A stretch of 64,000 nt of DNA from Squalus acanthias (taxonomy: Eukaryota): NCBI GenBank assembly GCA_030390025.1, contig CM059433.1:13456001-13520000 (forward strand), read 5' to 3'. This document shows positions 60,860 through 64,000 of this stretch, piece after piece. The notes beneath the pieces are model-generated. The model ran no database searches, was not told where the DNA came from, and saw nothing but the letters and a program-made list of their open reading frames with translations. The translations under genes and the position numbers were made by a program. The first letter of the stretch is position 1. Each line of letters begins with the position of its first letter.

Positions 60860-61525
60860 CTCCTTCTCCTTCAAATAATTCGGGCACCATGGATGGCTGC
60901 ATAATAAAGGCATCATTGGTGCTTCATGGACAATAGCCACTGATGTGCATAATGATGTTTTTGTCGTCAGATACTTCCTGATCATGAATTGAGTGAAAAC
61001 CATGCCTGTTCATGTAGGCCATGGTGTTGACATTAGGAGACCTGATTCCCACAAGGGTGCCACCTATGATGCCCTGCAGTCAAGGGAACCCTGCCATCTG
61101 GTGGAAGCCCTTGCCCTGTCCAGCTGCTGCCTCCTTTAATACAGAGAAACAGATTAAAGTGTTGCCCATTGCAAACAAATGCCATTCATTTCCGCAGGGG
61201 ATTCTCCCATAGTTTTGACAGATGATCAGGAGAACCACGGTGGAAATATAACCCCATAGTGTTTGTCAGTAGCTTGATATGTACATGCACTCCAGACTGG
61301 CTGATCTGTACGATGCCCACAGCTTGGAAGAATTGGAAGCTTAATGCTGTGATAACTATCACTGCTATAGGAAGAGCCATCCCTGTTGTTGATTTTTCTG
61401 AAGCTCATGGTGCAACAGATGGTACAACTGTGTGACAAGTCTTCTGAATAAAATAAATCACTCGCTATGGATGCGCATTTTCTCGGTATGTTCTTCTGGC
61501 ATACGTCACATGTGCCGAAGCAGAA
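60860..61525 (-). pseudogene. Heavily decayed HARBI1-like DDE transposase
   Basis: Minus translation GFHQMAGFP*LQGIIGGTLVGIRSP...YMNRHGFHSI...STNDAFIM matches the HARBI1 pattern GFP..QGAIDCTH...NRKGFHS...GS.HDAFI; a small MITE-like insert at ~61195-61257. Confidence 0.8.
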
Positions 61526-61721
61526 AATCTCCCCTTATGTTTCTTTAAGAAACCGACTGGAGCAGGACCGGTCGCAGGATTGCTCACGCGTCCATTTTAT
61601 ACGGGCGACCTACGAGTGCATGGGGTGAAGTCCTCTGAAGGAACATGAAAAATGGCTTAGTATTAATTGAAATAATTTTCAAGCCTCCAATGAGGCTTCA
61701 CCATGCCCACAGCATGACCGA

Positions 61722-62182
61722 GGAACATTAGGAACAGGATTGGCCATTTAGCCACTCAGGCCTGCTCCACCATTCAATTAGATCATAGCTGATCTGCACC
61801 TCAACTTCAGTTACCTGCCTTTGCTCCATAGATTCCCTTATTTAACAAAAATATATCGACCTCAGTTTTGAAAGCTCCCATTGTCCTAGCATTCACAGCC
61901 TTTGGGGAAGAGAATTCTAGATTTCTCCAACCCTTTGTGTGAAAAAGTGCTTTCTGATTTCGCTCCTGAATGGCATAGCTCTAATTTTAAGATTAGGTCT
62001 CCTCGTACTTGATTTCCCCTTGAGTGGAAGTGGTTTCCCCATATCTACCCTATCGAATCCCTTTAACGTTTTAAATACTTAGACCAGATCATCCCTCAAT
62101 CTCCTGAACTCAAGGGAATACAAGACAAGTTTATGCAGCCTGTCCTCATAATTTAACCCTCTAAGTCCCCAGTATCATTCTG
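61722..62182 (-). mobile_element. Degraded CR1 3' end
   Basis: Reverse-complement homolog of 6270-6725. Confidence 0.85.
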
Positions 62183-62664
62183 TCCTCCCCAACAGCCTTG
62201 AAGGTCTTGGCTGCAAAATATGGCATGGCTTTGTCCCTGGTGCATATATCTGAAGGCCTGATTTAATGAGGGATTCTGGATCACAAGTAGGCCAGGCTCA
62301 AGTTCCTTTGCCTCTCTGGCAGTAAACATTGAAAAGCTGGATCAGTGGACCCTTTCACCAGGAGAGCAAGAGCACAACCAGCATAGAGTGTGGAATTGGG
62401 AGAGCTGGCCCTGGGATTATATTTCTCTGGGCTGCAATTCAGCCCTTTTCTGCTTTTAGTGAACTAAAGTGCTTTTGACAATTTCATACTTTAGCCTCAT
62501 TAAGGTCCCAGCCTCGATGCCAAAGTAATGTAAAGAAAATCGGAGGGATATCGTTACTGTTGTGTGCTCTGACCCACCTAATTTTCCAATATTTGCTACG
62601 CCCGGGATCACTGAATCACCTGGGCACAGACACAGAAAAATATCCCCTGTCTAGTTTACTTTGG

Positions 62665-63405
62665 GAAAGATGTAAAAGTCATGAAGAGGATAGAGAACAG
62701 ATACCAGAGATGAGAGGCTTCAGTTATGTGGAGGAACTAGAGACAGCGGAGCTCTAGAGAGCAGAGAAGGTTAGGAGGAAATCTGAAATAAGTGTTCAAA
62801 ATTATGAAGGGCTTTGATAAAAGGTCAATCAGGAAAAAACTATTTCCACTGGTTGGTGAGTTAGTAACCAGAAGACATAGGGCTGGATTTTCATTGACCC
62901 GTGGAGGCGGGTTTGGAGGCGTGTGGGGGGTTAAAATTGCGAAAACTGGCGGGCAGGCACAAGTCTGCCTCCATCCCGCCTCCACGCAATTTTCATTAAA
63001 TCGTGTCTGCTGGTCCCGACTCCGTCCCGACTCCGTCCCGCCTCTAAGAGGCGGGATAGGCTGTTAAGGCCCTTAACAAGCACTAAATTGCCTCTACAAT
63101 GCCATTTTGAAAGGCCTTTGTGATTTTAACCCTTTTTTTACGTGAAGCACGCCTGTTCTGAACCACGAATGTGAAACCTGGTGGGAGCACATTTGGCTGG
63201 CTGAAAACACTAATTGGGTCATGGGTTCCCACATGCTGGAACTCAATTGCCCAATTAGGTGAAAATTGCATCAATCTCCCACATCCAATTGCAGTCGGGT
63301 GGATAACACGAAAAGTGGATGACACGACCCCAACCCGCCCCAGTATCAAAATCCAGCCCATAAAGTTCAGAGAACAAAGGGAAATATTAGGAGAAATTTT
63401 TTTTG
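62665..63405 (+). mobile_element. Old CR1 fragment interrupted by a MITE
   Basis: LEQRRLGG...VFKIMKGFD...KLFPLVGE..TRRH motif resuming after the MITE. Confidence 0.8.
62880..63359. mobile_element. Harbinger-type MITE (480 bp)
   Basis: TIRs GGGCTGGATTTT / AAAATCCAGCCC; TSD ATA at 62877-62879 and 63360-63362. Confidence 0.93.
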
Positions 63406-63414
63406 TTACCGAGT

Positions 63415-64000
63415 GTGTCAGCCAATGGCTCAATGGGTAGCACTCTCACCTCTGCGTCAGAAGGTTGTGGGTTCAAGTCCCATTTCAGAGACTTGAGCAC
63501 CAAAATCTAGGCTGACACTCCCAGTGCAGTGCTGAGGGAGTGCTGCACTGTCAGAGGTGCCGTCTTTCGGATGAGACGTTAAAACTGAGGTACCGTCTGC
63601 TCCCTCAGGTGGACGTAAAAGATCTCATGGCCACTATTTTGAAGAAGAGTGGGGGAGTTCTCCCTGGTATCCTGGCCAATATTTATCCCTCAATCAACAT
63701 CACTAAAACAGATTATCTGGTCATTGTCACTGACGTAAGAAAACTACTAGGCACTTGGTCTAAGCGTTAAACAAAGCTTTAATCAACTGTTTTTCAACAT
63801 GGAGATCTAGTTGTGTCCTTCACTAGTTCCTGTTAAAGAATGTCCTGAGCAAGCTGGGCCCATGCCCGAGTATTTATACTCTCCCTGGACAGCGCCACCA
63901 GCAGGCCGCCCAGTATTATTTCATAAGTCATTTCCACATGAATGACAAGATTCGTGTCAGTCACATTGCTGTTTGTGGGAGCTTGCTGTGTGCAAATTGG
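63415..64000 (+). mobile_element. Deu-domain SINE (runs off window), interrupted by a solo LTR
   Basis: A-box TGGCTCAATGG, B-box GGTTCAAGTCC, Deu core. Confidence 0.93.
63731..63959 (-). mobile_element. Solo LTR, 229 bp
   Basis: TGAC...GTCA ends; 5-bp TSD GTCAC at 63726-63730 and 63960-63964; TATAAATA then ATTAAA on the minus strand. Confidence 0.88.

Overview
Repeat-dominated vertebrate non-coding DNA (intergenic or deep intronic), with no host protein-coding exon that I can support. The repeat families (HE1-like V-SINE, Deu-domain SacSINE1/AmnSINE1-like SINEs, CR1, L2, RTE, Tx1, Penelope-like and PIF/Harbinger elements) point to a cartilaginous fish; this is inferred from recalled family signatures, not from a database search. 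Nearly all long ORFs are transposon-derived. Main points: (1) a near full-length CR1 (intact esterase ORF1; ORF2 with one in-frame stop) sits inside a Deu-SINE; (2) two Penelope-like families carry minimal hammerhead-ribozyme cores, including three ORF-less ~200-230 bp fold-back mini-elements, each flanked by a 13-14 bp target duplication; (3) a decayed two-gene Harbinger (Myb/SANT + HARBI1-like), a second HARBI1-like fossil and several Harbinger MITE families; (4) a three-level nest (SINE > tail-less CR1 fragment > Tigger-like MITE with 72-bp repeats); (5) a 229-bp solo LTR; (6) a 29-bp minisatellite made of nuclear-receptor DR1 sites. Boundaries without TSD/TIR support are approximate.
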